Of a DNA stretch of 64,000 bases, positions 37,137 to 50,380 are shown piece by piece. The translations under genes were made by a program, and so were the position numbers. Within the stretch, counting starts at the first letter, position 1. The number at the start of each line of letters is the position of its first letter. The notes beneath the pieces are model-generated. The model worked only from the letters and a program-made list of their open reading frames with translations, was not told the DNA's origin and made no database searches. The stretch comes from Felis catus (lineage: Eukaryota), in contig NC_058371.1 of the NCBI RefSeq assembly GCF_018350175.1, positions 6,944,001 to 7,008,000 on the forward strand, read 5' to 3'.

Positions 37137-38015
37137 AGAGAAAGGAAGAACAAGTACAAGCCAAGCCGCAGCTGCAAAAAAAGAGAGGCGAAGATACTCT
37201 GGCTGTGAGCTCCGTGCGGCAAAGCTCTGGGTTTTCTCTCTTGCCCTCTAAAGTTTGCATTCTTTGAATGAAGCCATCAGTCCAGCTTCTGACACTGCAG
37301 GGAAATGCCCGCCCTAGGCCCTGAGCTTCCTGAGGGAAGGCACTGAGTCTTGTTCACCTTTGCACCCCCACTTGCTGGCATAGGGCCCATTCACTATTTT
37401 ATTGACTGATGAAGTCAGTGAGGGAGTGAATGAACAGGTTAAAACAGATAGAATGGAAAGGTGGGACCATGGTTCAGATGGGTTCTGAAGTGACAGTCCT
37501 GGCTTCAGACACATGTGTGACCCTGGCTTTTGCTGTTCAGACTCTGGGACCCGTGCTATAAGAAGAGTCAACCACCTAGTAAATAGACCACCTACTGGAC
37601 ACCAATTATGGCTGCCTTCGCGGCACTGCTGACAAGTACCCCTCCGTCTCCTTCACAGGTAAGAGTTGCTAGAATGTCCTCCACGCTCTGTCCAATCTGG
37701 GACATGAAGTGACCCAAAGAAACTGGCCCGTGTCAAAGTTCAGGTTGGCCAAAGATTCGGTAGCATCTTCCTTCTGGCCACTTGCCGCGAGAATTGATCC
37801 CGTCGTGGCCTATTCAAGTCCCAGGTGCCTAGAGATAATCTAATTCAATGCTCTTATTACAGACGAGGAGGTAAAGGCCCAGGAAGATCCCACAGGTACT
37901 AGCTTAGTTATAGCCATATCTAGACTTTGGCTTTTTGGTCCTGTGTTCTTAGCATGTGTACAAAATGGTGTGCCAGATGAGGACAGAAGCCTATGGCTGA
38001 AACAGCTTTTAAATC

Positions 38016-38243
38016 TTTTTTTTTAAACTTTTTTAAAATGTTTATTCTTGAGAGAGCGAGCGAGCACATGTGCATGCATGAGCAGAGGAGGGTCAGAGAG
38101 AGAGGGAGACACAGAATCTGAAGCAGGCTCTAGGCTCCGAGCTGTCAGCACAGAGCCTGACACGGGGCTCGAACCCACCAACTGTGAGATCATGACCTGA
38201 GCTGAAGTCGGACGCTCAACCCACTGAGCTACCCAGGCGCCCT
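38016..38243 (-). mobile_element. Can-SINE
   Basis: TSD tggctg.aaca.ctttta. Confidence 0.9.
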
Positions 38244-39390
38244 GGCTGGAACACCTTTTAGCAGCTCAGTGAGCAGCAGGTGGAGGAAGCAGCTGAAATC
38301 AGCTGCAGAAAAATTAGACACTTTGCAAAATTCCTTCTGTGACCCTGAGATCTTTGCTTTTGGGGCTGATGGTAATGGTAAACTGAGGTTTGCCTCTGCC
38401 CTGATTTGCCAAAATTTGGAGTCCCCGCTTTCGGGCAGAGAAAGATACAGTTCACAGGCTGTTTTCATCACAGATTTACAGCACACCCTTCCAGAACAGA
38501 AGAAACAAATCCCCTCAGCTCTGCTCTGGAGAGTTTTCTTACCTATTCGATGAAGGCCTGCTTCCTGCAGAGACGCAAATAAGAGAGCAAAATAAAACAC
38601 GATGTCCTGGGACAAGACAATTTGTAAAAAGCTGTAAAATAAGAAATAAAAATGTGTTTTTAAAAAAAGTGTTCTGGTGCTGCTACATACCTTTATGGTT
38701 AATCGGCTGAATTTTTTTATCTGAAAGTTATGTAAGAGACGAGCGGGCAGATAAAGCTGTCTGTTGTAATCAGAGGAACTTGCTCAGGTCCTGGGCTTTT
38801 CCCCAAAATTCTTTCCCACGGTCTCAGATAAAACTAACTGCCTTTCAGAACCTAAATGTACTTAGATCTCTTCCCCCTTTCCTTCCTTTTTTCTCCCTTT
38901 GCTTGCAAAATGAACCGTAGTGTGCATATGGTCTCCCTCTTTGCTTCTCAACTTAACAGAAATGTCCTCTGCCATCTTCATGTCGCTGGGATTTCTCGTA
39001 ATAAGGAGCCAGTGACCTCTCAGACACGTCCTGGCCACTGTCCTCTTAGTAAAGATTCCAGGGCCAACCCCAGTGACCCACGGCCAGCATTCATTCAATC
39101 TGGGTTCTTTCACAAACATTTCACAATGAGGTCTGTCTCCTTCATTTCTGTCTCCTCTGCCCATGAGGACCCAAGCGTTAGGCTATTTTCTTTCTCTTCC
39201 TCCCTGGCTCTCTTTTGTTCCCTCTTTGCTGGGCTTGCACACACCCTGGTTTCACCCACCTTGTTATACGTTCTCTCTAAATAACCCCACATGCTCCCGT
39301 GGTTCAAGGTCTCACCTACTGCCACGGCACCGTCTGCTTACCGGCATTTCCGGGCTCCAAGCCCCTCTTCTGTGTTGCACTCTAGGGCAG

Positions 39391-40084
39391 TGTGTGGACA
39401 CCCTGCACGCTGCATCTGCCAGACCCCGTGGCCAGCTGGCTTCCGGTCAGGGCATTGGCAGTAGACGGGAAATGAAGGCGAAAGGTGAAGACACCTGCTT
39501 CCGTTTCCTGCTCCAGCCACCGGCACCCCAACAGCAGCAGATGGTTGGCTCCAGGCGCCCGCTTCTTTCGGCTTTCTCAGCAGCCCGACAAGGTCTCTCG
39601 AAAGGACCAGCAGCACCCAGCGTCTGTCCCCTTGGTAGTTAAGAGGACCAGTTGAGCCACGACCGGCTTTGCCGTGTACCCTGGCTCTCCACGCCCCTGT
39701 TTGGCTATGTCTCCTTCTCAGAAGTGTGAACCCTGGCTGCAGGTTGCCTCCACCCTGTTTGTCTGAGCCCCAATCACGGGGCCCTCCTTCCTCAAGTCTT
39801 AAGCCACACCCACGTGCTGCTCCCCACTTAAGAGGTCTGAGCACCAGCTCAGATGTAGGTGTCCCCTACTCACACATCCGGTCTCCAGCTGTAGGCTGCT
39901 TACCGCAGGGTTTCCAGCTCCTGCCCCTTATAACCCCTTTCCCTTCTGCTCTTCTGGGCCTGTAGTTGTTAATCTCTGTGCCTTTTCAGCCACCCACCAC
40001 CTGTGTAACCAATTTCCTGCATTAAATTTCCTGTTTTAAATATCCAGTATGATTTCTGTTGTCCCGAATGGGCCTTGTCTGACA
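39391..40084 (+). mobile_element. Old ERVL-type solo LTR (LTR33/LTR41-like)
   Basis: The 3' end gtaaccaatt..attaaa..tttctgtt..tgaca is typical of this group. Explains the GC-rich patch and its spurious ORFs. Confidence 0.55.
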
Positions 40085-40732
40085 AAAATCCTACACTATA
40101 TTTCAAACTCTAACATCTTGCTAAAGTTTTTTAGGGCATTGGTCTTCCCCAACTGGATTTCTGGTAGGCACCCCAAAGGAACTTGTTTTCGTTGCAATTT
40201 ATCACTTTCTTTCCAAAACTGATCTTCATTCACTATTCCAGATCTTGGTAAATATTGTTACCATTTACCCAGACACTCGGGCTAAAAACAGCTTCCTCAG
40301 GAGCACTTAGGTTCCCTCACAAATCACCCAATTTACTCATTACATAAATCTACATAGATTACTCACTAATATGTGCAAATGTGTTGTGACATTTCTTCAC
40401 CCCTGTCTTTTCACTGACATTGTTCTCAGTTACCTAGAATTTGGGGATTGGGTTTTGCACGGGATGAGGAGTAGTTCATGTTTCCTGCTGCATATGTGTG
40501 CATGCATGCAGACACGTGCACACGCATACCCCAGCTGTGTCATTCAACCATAAAACTAAGTGTACGTGTCACACTCGAATTGTGAGAGCATGAAAATATT
40601 GCAGCTAGAAGTGCCTTTGGAGATAATGTAAGTCGATGTTTCCAGAACCACACTGATTCTAGTTACCTAGAATATTTTTGAATATTCAGAAGTCTGTCCT
40701 CACTTTAATGCTTTCATATTGGGAACTCTTAA

Positions 40733-40752
40733 TTTTTTCTTTAATGTTCACT

Positions 40753-40787
<35 letters not shown>

Positions 40788-40938
40788 GGGACAGAGAGGG
40801 AGACACAGAATCCAAAGCAGGCTCTAGGCTCTGAGCTGTCAGCACAGAGCCCAATGCAGGGCTCAAACTCACAAACTGTGAGATCATGACCTGAGCTGAA
40901 GTTGGATGCTTAACTGACTAAGCCACCCAGGTGCCCCC
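40733..40938 (-). mobile_element. Can-SINE
   Basis: TSD tattgggaactctta. Confidence 0.9.
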
Positions 40939-43900
40939 GTATTGGGAACTCTTAAGCTAAGAATTTGAATTTTTAAAATCACTTTTCCAATCAAGTCTGC
41001 TATGTAGTGAAGTTTGGCAACTACAGATCATTGACTAGAGGAGCATCCAAGATTCAAAGATGACCCTTGTCCCACACCTCTAGTTAGAAACCAAGATGGA
41101 GCTTCAAAACTCAAATCCAGAAGCCTTGCCTTCAGGTCCAGTGGTATTTCACTGTGATGCACTTTTTGAAAAGGAGACATTGAGAGGAACTAAACAAAAT
41201 CTTCACCTCCTTGCTCAACTAGGGGAACAGAAGCTCAGACTTTAATGGGAAGATGAATATATGTCTAGCAAAGTAACATACAACATGGCAGTTTCTGTGC
41301 CTCATGGGAGGCCTGAGGGGAGCTCAGGGTAGGATGATTGAGTATGACCTGAGTTAGTGGAGTCTGGAACAAGTTCACAGGCAAAATACCCTGTCATCAC
41401 TATTCAGACCAATTGCTTCATCAATCTAGCCTAAATCACTATGACTGAACTGAAGGACTTTTGTTCCATTCTATTGCCAATGTATTGGTAGCTTATGTTC
41501 CCATTTGACATTTTTTTCCCCATTCAATAATTCCCATTTTCATCATGCTGGGTAACTGAGCATCCAAAATAACAAGGACCCTCTGTCCTCCTCTGAAGGC
41601 CATTCTGCTCTCAAGGGACACCTATGTCCCTAGGTATCCTCATGGAGGTATTGAAATGTCCTCATTATCCAAACTGATCTGTCCTACTGGTCCTAGTGAG
41701 CTGCTGACTGAAATGAAGCCATTTTCCACTGTCTGTATGGACACCTTCACCCATGAGGACTACTGTCATTTTCTTATGCCATTCTCTTCTTTTTCCAACC
41801 AAGTCTCCCCACGGATCAAACAAACTTATGTAAGACCTGATAAGTTTGAGAATCTGAGTGCTTGAGAGAATCCTGCACACAGGACAAAAGCCCCACTACC
41901 TACACGCAGAGCACACCGAGAAGGGGCCCCGTGGGAAAGTGGATATCTGAGAGAACCGTGGTCGTCTCACCTCTGAATAACCTCTTCTGATTGCGTGCAC
42001 CACATCCTAGGTTGTGTAAAGATCGACTTAGAAATGAAGAGCGGTCAAAGGCTTTCCCGGTGTCTAGAACCATCTGTGCCTCATCACTGAACTGAACAGG
42101 GTCTGAGTAACAGAAAATGGGGCATTTTCCTAATCATTTTTTGTCTCCAAGCCTCCTCTGCTTGTGTTCTCCAAGAGTTAGGGATTCTAAGATAATGGCA
42201 TGACAGAGCCATGATAAAGCTCTTGGATGCAGGCAAAGGGGAGTGATAGGGACCTACTTGTAAGGATAACTGAGTCTAAGAAAACTAGCTCCATACTGTT
42301 GATCGTTCAGGCTCAACTCTGTCCCTAGAGCTTTATTCCACACTTGGCTCTCCTTGTTCCCTTTCAACCCTGGTCTCTTTGAACAGAACCTGCACACGGA
42401 GATTCCAGCTGACTCCCAAACAGAGTGTACCCTTCTACATTCAGGGTAGAAACAGGGACTAGAGATCTTAACCATCCTGCCCAGACATGCCTTACTGCAG
42501 CCTGCACCAGCTTTTGGCCAAGGAAATGACCAAAAGCATAAAAGAGAAGAGCCAGTACCTAAAACTCCTGGCCAAGTATATTCAAGGAGAAATAAGCAAC
42601 ATTACTTACACTTGAAGTAGGATATTTATTTGTTTGTTTTGAAGAACAGGAACCTTAGGATTTGCTGAAGGGTAGGGAGTGGACACAGAGGTAACAATAG
42701 TGCCTAATTACTAAGGGCAGTAAATCCAAATGGGGGTGGGGGGAGGGGAGGATAAGGATGAAGAGGGGGCTGGTGCTGGTGATGTTTATTATGTACCGGG
42801 CATTGAGAACATATGGACAAATGAGGTACAGTCTCTGTTCTCAAGGATCCTACCAGATCTTCAATGACACAATTCTGACAAATCACTTCTCTATTTTCTC
42901 CATTTATCATTTCACTCAGCAAAGTCATTGGATTTATAAAGGGCTAAGGCCAACTGTGAACACTGCAGGGAAGTGTTTTCATCAGATGAGACAAAGGAGT
43001 GTGTAAGAAACAGATCCCTTAATAGACAGGGGTGTCCCCAGTGAGATGCCACTCTGAAACCACCAAAATGGCTCATTTTGGACTTCAGGCCTCCAAACCT
43101 GTAAAAAAAGAAATACATTTCTGTTGTTTTCAGACACTAAGTTGATGGTAATTCGTGACAGTGACAATAGGGAACCAACACAACGTGGGAATAGGAGACT
43201 CAGGAGAGCACTCCTGTGGGAATCCCAGGAAGAGAATGAAGGGCCCCCTCAACGTGGCAGTGAGCAACACGCACAGCTGGCAACAACGTTGATTGGGACA
43301 CCTCAGACATCTCTAGGAGACAGCTCTACAAGATGATGAGATTGATAGACATACCTGATCAGAATAAACTTTTAAAGACGAGGTTCAGGCAATGGGCAGA
43401 AAGTTTAGGATTGAATTAGAAAGGAGTACATCTAAAATCAGATACATGAAAAACGAGAAAATAATGAGCCCTGGGGAGAATATAAAGTTGGGCAGGAAAG
43501 GAATTCCGTAGCACTTTCTGAACAGTGTGACGATCATCATAAAGTAAGCACTGACTACTGATGTGCCAGAACTCTGAGGGTGTAAGGACAGGGGCAGGGC
43601 TGTCCTTGTGTACCCTGAGAGTCAGGACTGACTGGCCCTGTGCACGGATCTCAGGTTTCCTCCCCACCTACCTCTATCTTCTCTTTTCATCTACTCCAGG
43701 CTCCTGCTCCATATTCTCACATTGGGCTGGGCCTGGTGTTCCCTCTGAACCTTTTCCTAGAAACCCTCTCCACATAGCAAGCTGGGGCAATTTCCAGGCA
43801 TCCTTGGTCCACTAGAACCACCACAAAGTTTTCTAAGAATATTTGGGAGCCCAGGGATCACTCTTGTCTTCCTGAAAACGATTATGAGTTTCCCACTGCT

Positions 43901-44322
43901 GAAGTATTCTCAGAATTGTCTACTTCAGTAAAGACCCTGCAAAATGACAGTGCTAAAACTCGAGATGCAACCAGGGTTCGAGATGCAACCATGACCTGGT
44001 GGAGTCTCTAATAAAATTTACAAGCCCCCTGCCCCCCCGCCCCCCACCGATTTCCCAAAGGCCCAGATAAGTCTTGTGATGAGCTGGAAGACATAGGGAT
44101 TTTGTTCTTGGATGGCCAGAGTCATCAAAATGTTTTCTAAGTCTACTTGGGGGCCAAGGAACAGCTCTTGCCTTCCTGGAGAGGTTGGAGAAAGAGCTGA
44201 TGCTTGCCTGAGTATCCTTAGAATTTTCTACCTCAACTCAGAGTCAGGGAACCACCACTGGGCAATCTCAGCCAGCCTGAGTCCCTGGAAATGTTTGAAG
44301 CCCCCTCATTGATTTAAGTTTT

Positions 44323-45021
44323 TGAGTGATGGGGGCGTTCATGGGGTCTGGAGCTGACAGCCAAAAAAGAATTCTTGAAGACATCTTTGGTGCAAAAAGG
44401 TGATTTCATTAAACATGGGGACAAGACTCATGGGCAGGAAGAGCCGCATGGGGTTGTGATGGGTAACTCATTATACATCCTCAGGTTGGGAGGGGGTCAG
44501 GGATGGAGTCAGTCTGTAAGGTATTTTGGAAGCAAAGTTTCCAGGGCCTTGAGGGGCTAGCTGGTTCTAGGGAAATGTCACTTACTACCATTTAATAAAA
44601 CCTCACTCATGAGACCCTCCAGATTTCTCTGGGGGGGGGGGGCAATAAGCTTGGAGTCTGATTGCCAGCATATATCTTGGAGCAGTTGAGATAAAGGAAG
44701 TAGACTTACAGGATCTTTGAGATTGGGATGTTAAGCTAAGCTTCTCTTTTGCCCCAGCAAAGTGCCATCATCAAGGCAGCTGAGCTCCTAGAGGGAGGTC
44801 ACTCTGCCAGTTTCAAGGACTTGTCAATGGGCTGTAGGCAGTAAGGGAATTAAATTTTTCATTTGCCTTAGTTTCCCACATTACCATGGCAAACACTCAA
44901 ACCCTTTCCTTTTGTTCTTGGGTAGCTGGGAATGTCCCAGGAATATTACACAGATCCTGCCTGGGATGGGTGGGGGGTGCTAGCTTGTGCTTTGCCCCTC
45001 AGCCTGCCTCATGCTCACTCA
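44323..45021 (-). mobile_element. Solo ERV1-type LTR
   Basis: Terminal inverted repeat TGAGTGA...TCACTCA and near-TSD tttt/ttat. Clearly homologous to, but diverged from, the LTR at 45259-45915. Confidence 0.75.
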
Positions 45022-45989
45022 TTATTTGCTCCAGAAAAAGGCTGGTGCAGCACTGGAAGGCACAGGCTGGTGACTGCCCCCCTACTCCAGAAACTTCAGC
45101 ATTTTCTAGGTCCTCCCCAAAGCAGTGTAAGTCTCCCATGCTGGCCTTTGTCACCCTCTGCTGGTCAGTTGACAGAGGCTCGCATTCCAACAGCCCAGAG
45201 TCTAGATATGCAAATAAAGTTACCTGGACCTCCAGGGGTCTGATGGAAGAGGTGATAGTGATGAGGTTTTGGGGGTGATGGGAGGGTGTTTGTGGGGTTC
45301 AGAGCTGATGGCAATGAAAGAATTCATGAAGAAGGCTTTGGTGCAAAATGTGATTTTATTAAAGCACAGAGACAGGCCCCAAGGGCAGAAAGAGCCGCCC
45401 TGGGTTCATGAAGAGTGGCTCCTTAGGTACTATGAAGTTGGGAAGTTAAAGTCAAAAGGAGGCCTTCAGTGAGACTTTGATGTGCTAACGAGAACTCCTA
45501 GGATAACAGAGGCCTTGCTAGTATCCAGCTAAGGTTGTCTTCTCTCTAGTAAGGCATTAACATCAGGCCAGTAGGGTGTTCCTGGAGAAATGTTCTACTC
45601 TTTATTTGTCTCAAGTATTTGTCAGTGGGCTGTAGGTTATGAGGAAATTTAATTTTACCTGCCATTTCTTTCTTGCCTTTGTTCCCCATATCGCTATGGA
45701 GGGGTGATGTTGTAATTTACCAAGACATTTGTAAACTGGTGGACACTCAGGTCGTGTATGACTGTGATCTCTCTCAGTCAGCCACTTGTTTTCTTTCCTT
45801 CCCTTTGTCCTTGGGCAGCCAGGAGTGCCTGAGGAATGTCACACACATCCCACCTGGGGTAAGGGGGGTTGCTAACTTTTGCTCCGCCCTCAGCTTGCCT
45901 GATGATCCGTCATCATCTCCACCCTGAACAATTTTGACCCTTAAATCTTTAAGATAAGAAGGTCTCATCTTCTGTAGCTTCTTCTTGCT

Positions 45990-47492
45990 GACTAGGGCTG
46001 TAGAGTTGTCCCTACCTACGGGTCAATACTGATCAGCTGGGGAACATATAGGGGTGTTACAAAAAGTGGAGGCAGCTGAATCCCACATGGACAACATACA
46101 TGATCCTTCTTGAGTAGAAAGGATCATCCGTTGGCTTGAAGTTATCGTAGTGATATAGTCTTTGCACCAGGCAGAGAGACATGGGAGAAAACAGCAAAGC
46201 ATAATTAGCATAACTAGAAAGAAGCCCTAATAAAAGTCTTTGGTAGTTGACAAAAGCCTCCACTCAAGAGTTTAACCAATCACTAAAAGAAAGAGAGGGA
46301 TTGTTTAAAGCACCAATTTGAGTATTCATGTCGGTTAGAAATCCAGAAATACTTTCACGGTAATCTGGAATGTATGCACAGCATTGTTTTTATGAGAGCA
46401 CAAATGCCACCTTGTGCAGCAGCCAAAACATCTAATGCCATTCTATTTTGTAGAACTGTTTTGCGCATCTGTGCGACTTCAGTGTTGAGTAAGGAGATGC
46501 TCTTTTGTGAGTCACTGAGTGCCCTTATGATGTATTTGTTAAGGGCTTTCACATGCCAAATTACACTTTTTAACCCCACGGATGGAGCAAAAATGGATGC
46601 CAAACGATCACACCATTGGAAAACAGATCGTCTCTCTGTTTGTTTTACATTTGGGAAGTTAGCTGGGGCAGTGATTGTTTTAATAATGCACCCATGAATC
46701 CAGGCAAATCCTAAGGGGCAGTGACCTACCTATCCCGGAGAAAGCCAGGGCCATAGGTTAGTTTCACATATCCAGTGGGTTCCGTTTGGGGCTAACCATC
46801 TGATTCCAGGTTGCTTTATTCAATCAGTAGCAAGCCAGTCGGTAGCCTGAAGTATGCCCGTTTGGGAGCACGTTTCCATAACTACCCTGGATATTGTATC
46901 ATATGTATGTCCGGGTATCATATATATGATTTCTTTGTTTCCAGCATAAAATTGCCTTTTTGACTTAGCCGACCAATGGTGGGTGTGAACCATAAATATG
47001 CATCCCCAATTTGATACATCCCATCCTCAGTACAGTGATAAGTAGGGTTTTGTAACTTAGACACTCACTGGCAGGTATTAACTTGTGGATTTGTAAAATC
47101 AGTTCTTATCTTAACAGTTTGAGGGTATGAAAAAGTCCAGTTATGTCCTGGTAAATGCCAAGTCTTATTGATCATGGGCCAAGAAGAAACATTTTGATGA
47201 GTGATAGACTTATCCCCAAACATGTTATCTTTATATATTATTTTTGATATATAAGTACCTAGAGGTTGCCAATCAGTACCTTGTAAAGGTGAAACGCACC
47301 AGGATAATTCAGATGTGCTTGACATGGGCGAAACCGCACATCTCCAGCAAGCTGTCTGATTTTATAGTTTGGCATAATGCTGTGTCCATTATAGAAAGGA
47401 ATTGTTAGTATAAATTGGAGGAAGGAGAATGAAAAAGAAAGGTACCACCATCATAAGAGAAGTGTGACACTCACAAGAATGAGAAGGCACAT
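45990..47492 (-). pseudogene. ERV env pseudogene
   Basis: SU CWRC motif, basic cleavage region ERR|SVF, immunosuppressive domain LQNRMALDVLAAAQGG. CX6CC is broken by a frameshift near 46385, and there are several stops. Confidence 0.88.
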
Positions 47493-47520
47493 TTGTCTGC
47501 TCGTTGGTTTTTTGTGAAGG

Positions 47521-47634
47521 GGGTACAGGTCTTATTTTAGATATAGGAACCCACGAAGAGCGCCCCTCTATCTTTACCGCAATGGGAGTATTTAATACGA
47601 CCCGGTAGGGGCCCTTCCATTTTGGAGTTAGTTC
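47521..47634 (-). pseudogene. ERV integrase C-terminal remnant
   Basis: ELTPKWKGPYRVVLNTPIAVKIEGRSSWVPISKIRPVP contains the GPY/F motif. Confidence 0.85.
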
Positions 47635-47886
47635 CCTTCTGTATTAGAATGTCACTCTTTTAAATAAACGAAGTCTTTGGGTTTTTATGGAGTGGGTTTC
47701 TAGGAACTGTCAGTTCAGGTTTAGGGAGGATATGGTTTGCATATTTAGAGATTTATGAATTGACCTAGCCTCAAGTGAATGATTTAATAAAGCACTATAG
47801 TCTTTATCTATTGATAGGTCTACAGTGAGAAAAGTCTTTTTATATACAATTGTTGGGGGAATCCATCCCCTTTCCAGTTGTTTAAA

Positions 47887-48100
47887 TTTTTTTTTCAACG
47901 TTTTTATTTATTTTTGGGACAGAGAGAGACAGAGCATGAACGGGGGAGGGGCAGAGAGAGAGGGAGACACAGAATCGGAAACAGGCTCCAGGCTCCGAGC
48001 CATCAGCCCAGAGCCCGATGCGGGGCTCGAACTCACGGACCGCGAGATCGTGACCTGGCTGAAGTTGGACGCTTAACCGACTGCACCACCCAGGTGCCTC
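47887..48100 (-). mobile_element. Can-SINE (young felid type) inside the ERV
   Basis: TSD tccagttgtttaa. Confidence 0.92.
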
Positions 48101-48444
48101 TCCAGTTGTTTAAGTAATATACCCATGGGGTCCTGTTACTATCCCCACAGAATAACCTGCAAGAAGATTGTCTATACCTATGCTATTTGTGACAATTTTT
48201 CTGAAGTTTACCTCAAGTTGTCTAGCTTAGGCAAACAACATTTAAAGACAATCGGAACTAGAATTTAACATCCATAAAGATGCAATTATTGAGGCAGTCT
48301 TTTTCTACCTAAGAACCCTCATCTCCAGAGATAACCAAATTAAGGCTAATTCGCTTGTTAAACAAGTTCAGTTTAATAAATTTGGCCTAATTATTTACAT
48401 AAGTTCAGCAAGAACAGCGATTGGTCGTATAGATATTTAAAAAA

Positions 48445-48657
48445 ATTTTTTTTCAACGTTTATTTATTTTTGGGACAGAGAGAGACAGAGCATGAATGGG
48501 GGAGGGGCAGAGAGAGAGGGAGACACAGAATCGGAAACAGGCTCCAGGCTCTGAGCCATCAGCCCAGAGCCCGACGCGGGGCTCAAACTCACAGACCGCG
48601 AGATCGTGACCTGGCTGAAGTCAGATGCTTAACCGACTGCGCCACCCAGGCGCCCCC
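48445..48657 (-). mobile_element. Can-SINE (young felid type) inside the ERV
   Basis: TSD gtatagatattt. Confidence 0.92.
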
Positions 48658-50170
48658 GTATAGATATTTTAAAATTTGCTTTGCTGGAACTTTTTATAAG
48701 GAATCTCTAGACTGAACTATTAGAGGTTCTCCAGGACAGAAGCCAAGCCAAGTAGTTGCCATAAGGCATGCCCGCAATGCCTCTTGATTTGGGCGAATTC
48801 CTCTTTTCAAGGTCCCCAAGATATGCTGAGGTTCCTGCACTTGCCAGGAATTGACATTCTTTACTCAGCCGGTAAGGCTGCTGGGAACTCTGTAAGCAAG
48901 CTATCAGGCCAAAATTTCTGAGGGGCTATATGGCTCCATGTTTCCTAAGGTCAGTATCAGTTCTTTAGAGCTGTATAGTCATATCTGAGTCTATGCATGT
49001 AGCTTTCAAACATGACATTCCAGTCAAAGCCTTGGTAAAATAACTAGTATTTCTAATGGTGTCCTGTTACAAGAGGAACAGATTCTTATTGAACTTATGC
49101 AAATAAGTATGATTGCCATGGAAGAAAGAACACTCATTGGGTTTGTGGATTTCAGAGGGTTCAGGTAGAGAGAAAAGTTAGATGCTTTCGTTTGTTGACA
49201 AATGAATACTTTATCCTATTTTTGTATACCATGGGTATCTTAAGAGAAAGTTTCCTTAATCCAGAAAAGCAAACATTAGAGAACTAGCAATACTTCAAAA
49301 CAAGAGCTGCAAAACTAAGACCATCTTCTTCAGTGCGTTTAGTCCCATGTGACTAATTCTTGTTCAGTTTCAACACGACTGTTTACTTCTGGAAATTCTC
49401 ACCCATTTTAGTTTTAGTATTTTAAAGATGTTAAATACCTGTCTTTGTCCTGAAAGGCCTTTTTATAAATCTTGAAGGTGATTTTGTAAGAGCATCAGAA
49501 TAATTATAAATGACAAAATCTCAGAAATGGAGATGGTTAACAATCTGATGAGAGTTCATTATGTTGCAATCGATAAGGAAATTCGGTTATTTCTGTGACA
49601 CATAACACTTCAATAATCAGAATATCAAGTGAAGACCTTGTTACCAAAGCATATTAAAACTTTAGGAATTGCATTTAAATCTGAGCAGTTACAGCATTTG
49701 CCCAAGCAATACCAGTATTTGTTTGACAGTGTTTCCAGAGTAACTTAGCATACCAAAAGAGGCCTAATTGGTCAAAGACTTCATTTACATTGTGAATCCT
49801 GGGAAATTTGTTAAACCTTAGAAAGTTATAAAACACATCCTAAAAAGGATCATAGATCATTACACATCTTAAAACTTTAAATTATGTATTTAACCAAGAT
49901 GGAAAAAAAATCTCAAAAGCAAATATGTAGGGTTATACAGTTGTTAGCAAAACTTAGTTCCTTTACCATTGAGGAATTTTAACTAAGCAATAAAAGACCT
50001 GATAAAAAGGAAACATAAAGCTTTGGTGTTCCTGGCAGACAAAAAAGAAAAAAAAACTTCGTTTCTATTATTCGTACCAAGAGCAGATCAACAGTCCAAG
50101 AAAACTTTGTATTTTGAACAGAGAGAAAAGCAGATCTTATACCAGTGTACTTTTAAAACCCATTCATTGT

Positions 50171-50380
50171 GGGGCGCCTGGGTGGCGCAGTCGGTTAAGC
50201 GTCCAACTTCAGCCAGGTCACCATCTTGCGGTCTGTGAGTTCAAACCCCGCGTCAGGCTCTGGGCTGATGGCTCAGAGCCTGGAGCCTGTTTCCAACTCT
50301 GTTTTTCCCTCTCTCTCTGCCCCTCCCCCGTTCATGCTCTGTCTCTCTCTGTCCCAAAAATAAATAAACGTTGAAAAAAA
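50171..50380 (+). mobile_element. Can-SINE inside the ERV
   Basis: TSD aaaacccattcattg. Confidence 0.92.

Noticed and set aside
38229-38615. Cys-rich ORF (CFFCSGRVCC) as another defensin
   Set aside because: Cys spacing does not fit the beta-defensin motif and there is no matching exon structure.
39163-39965. Overlapping 100-170 aa ORFs in a GC-rich patch as a gene
   Set aside because: They lie over an old LTR and show no recognisable protein motif.
43960-43991. 14-nt direct repeat tcgagatgcaacca
   Set aside because: Only two copies with a 4-nt spacer; a local slippage duplication, not an array.
45990-47492. env as a domesticated syncytin-like gene
   Set aside because: Multiple stops and a frameshift through CX6CC; no long ORF.
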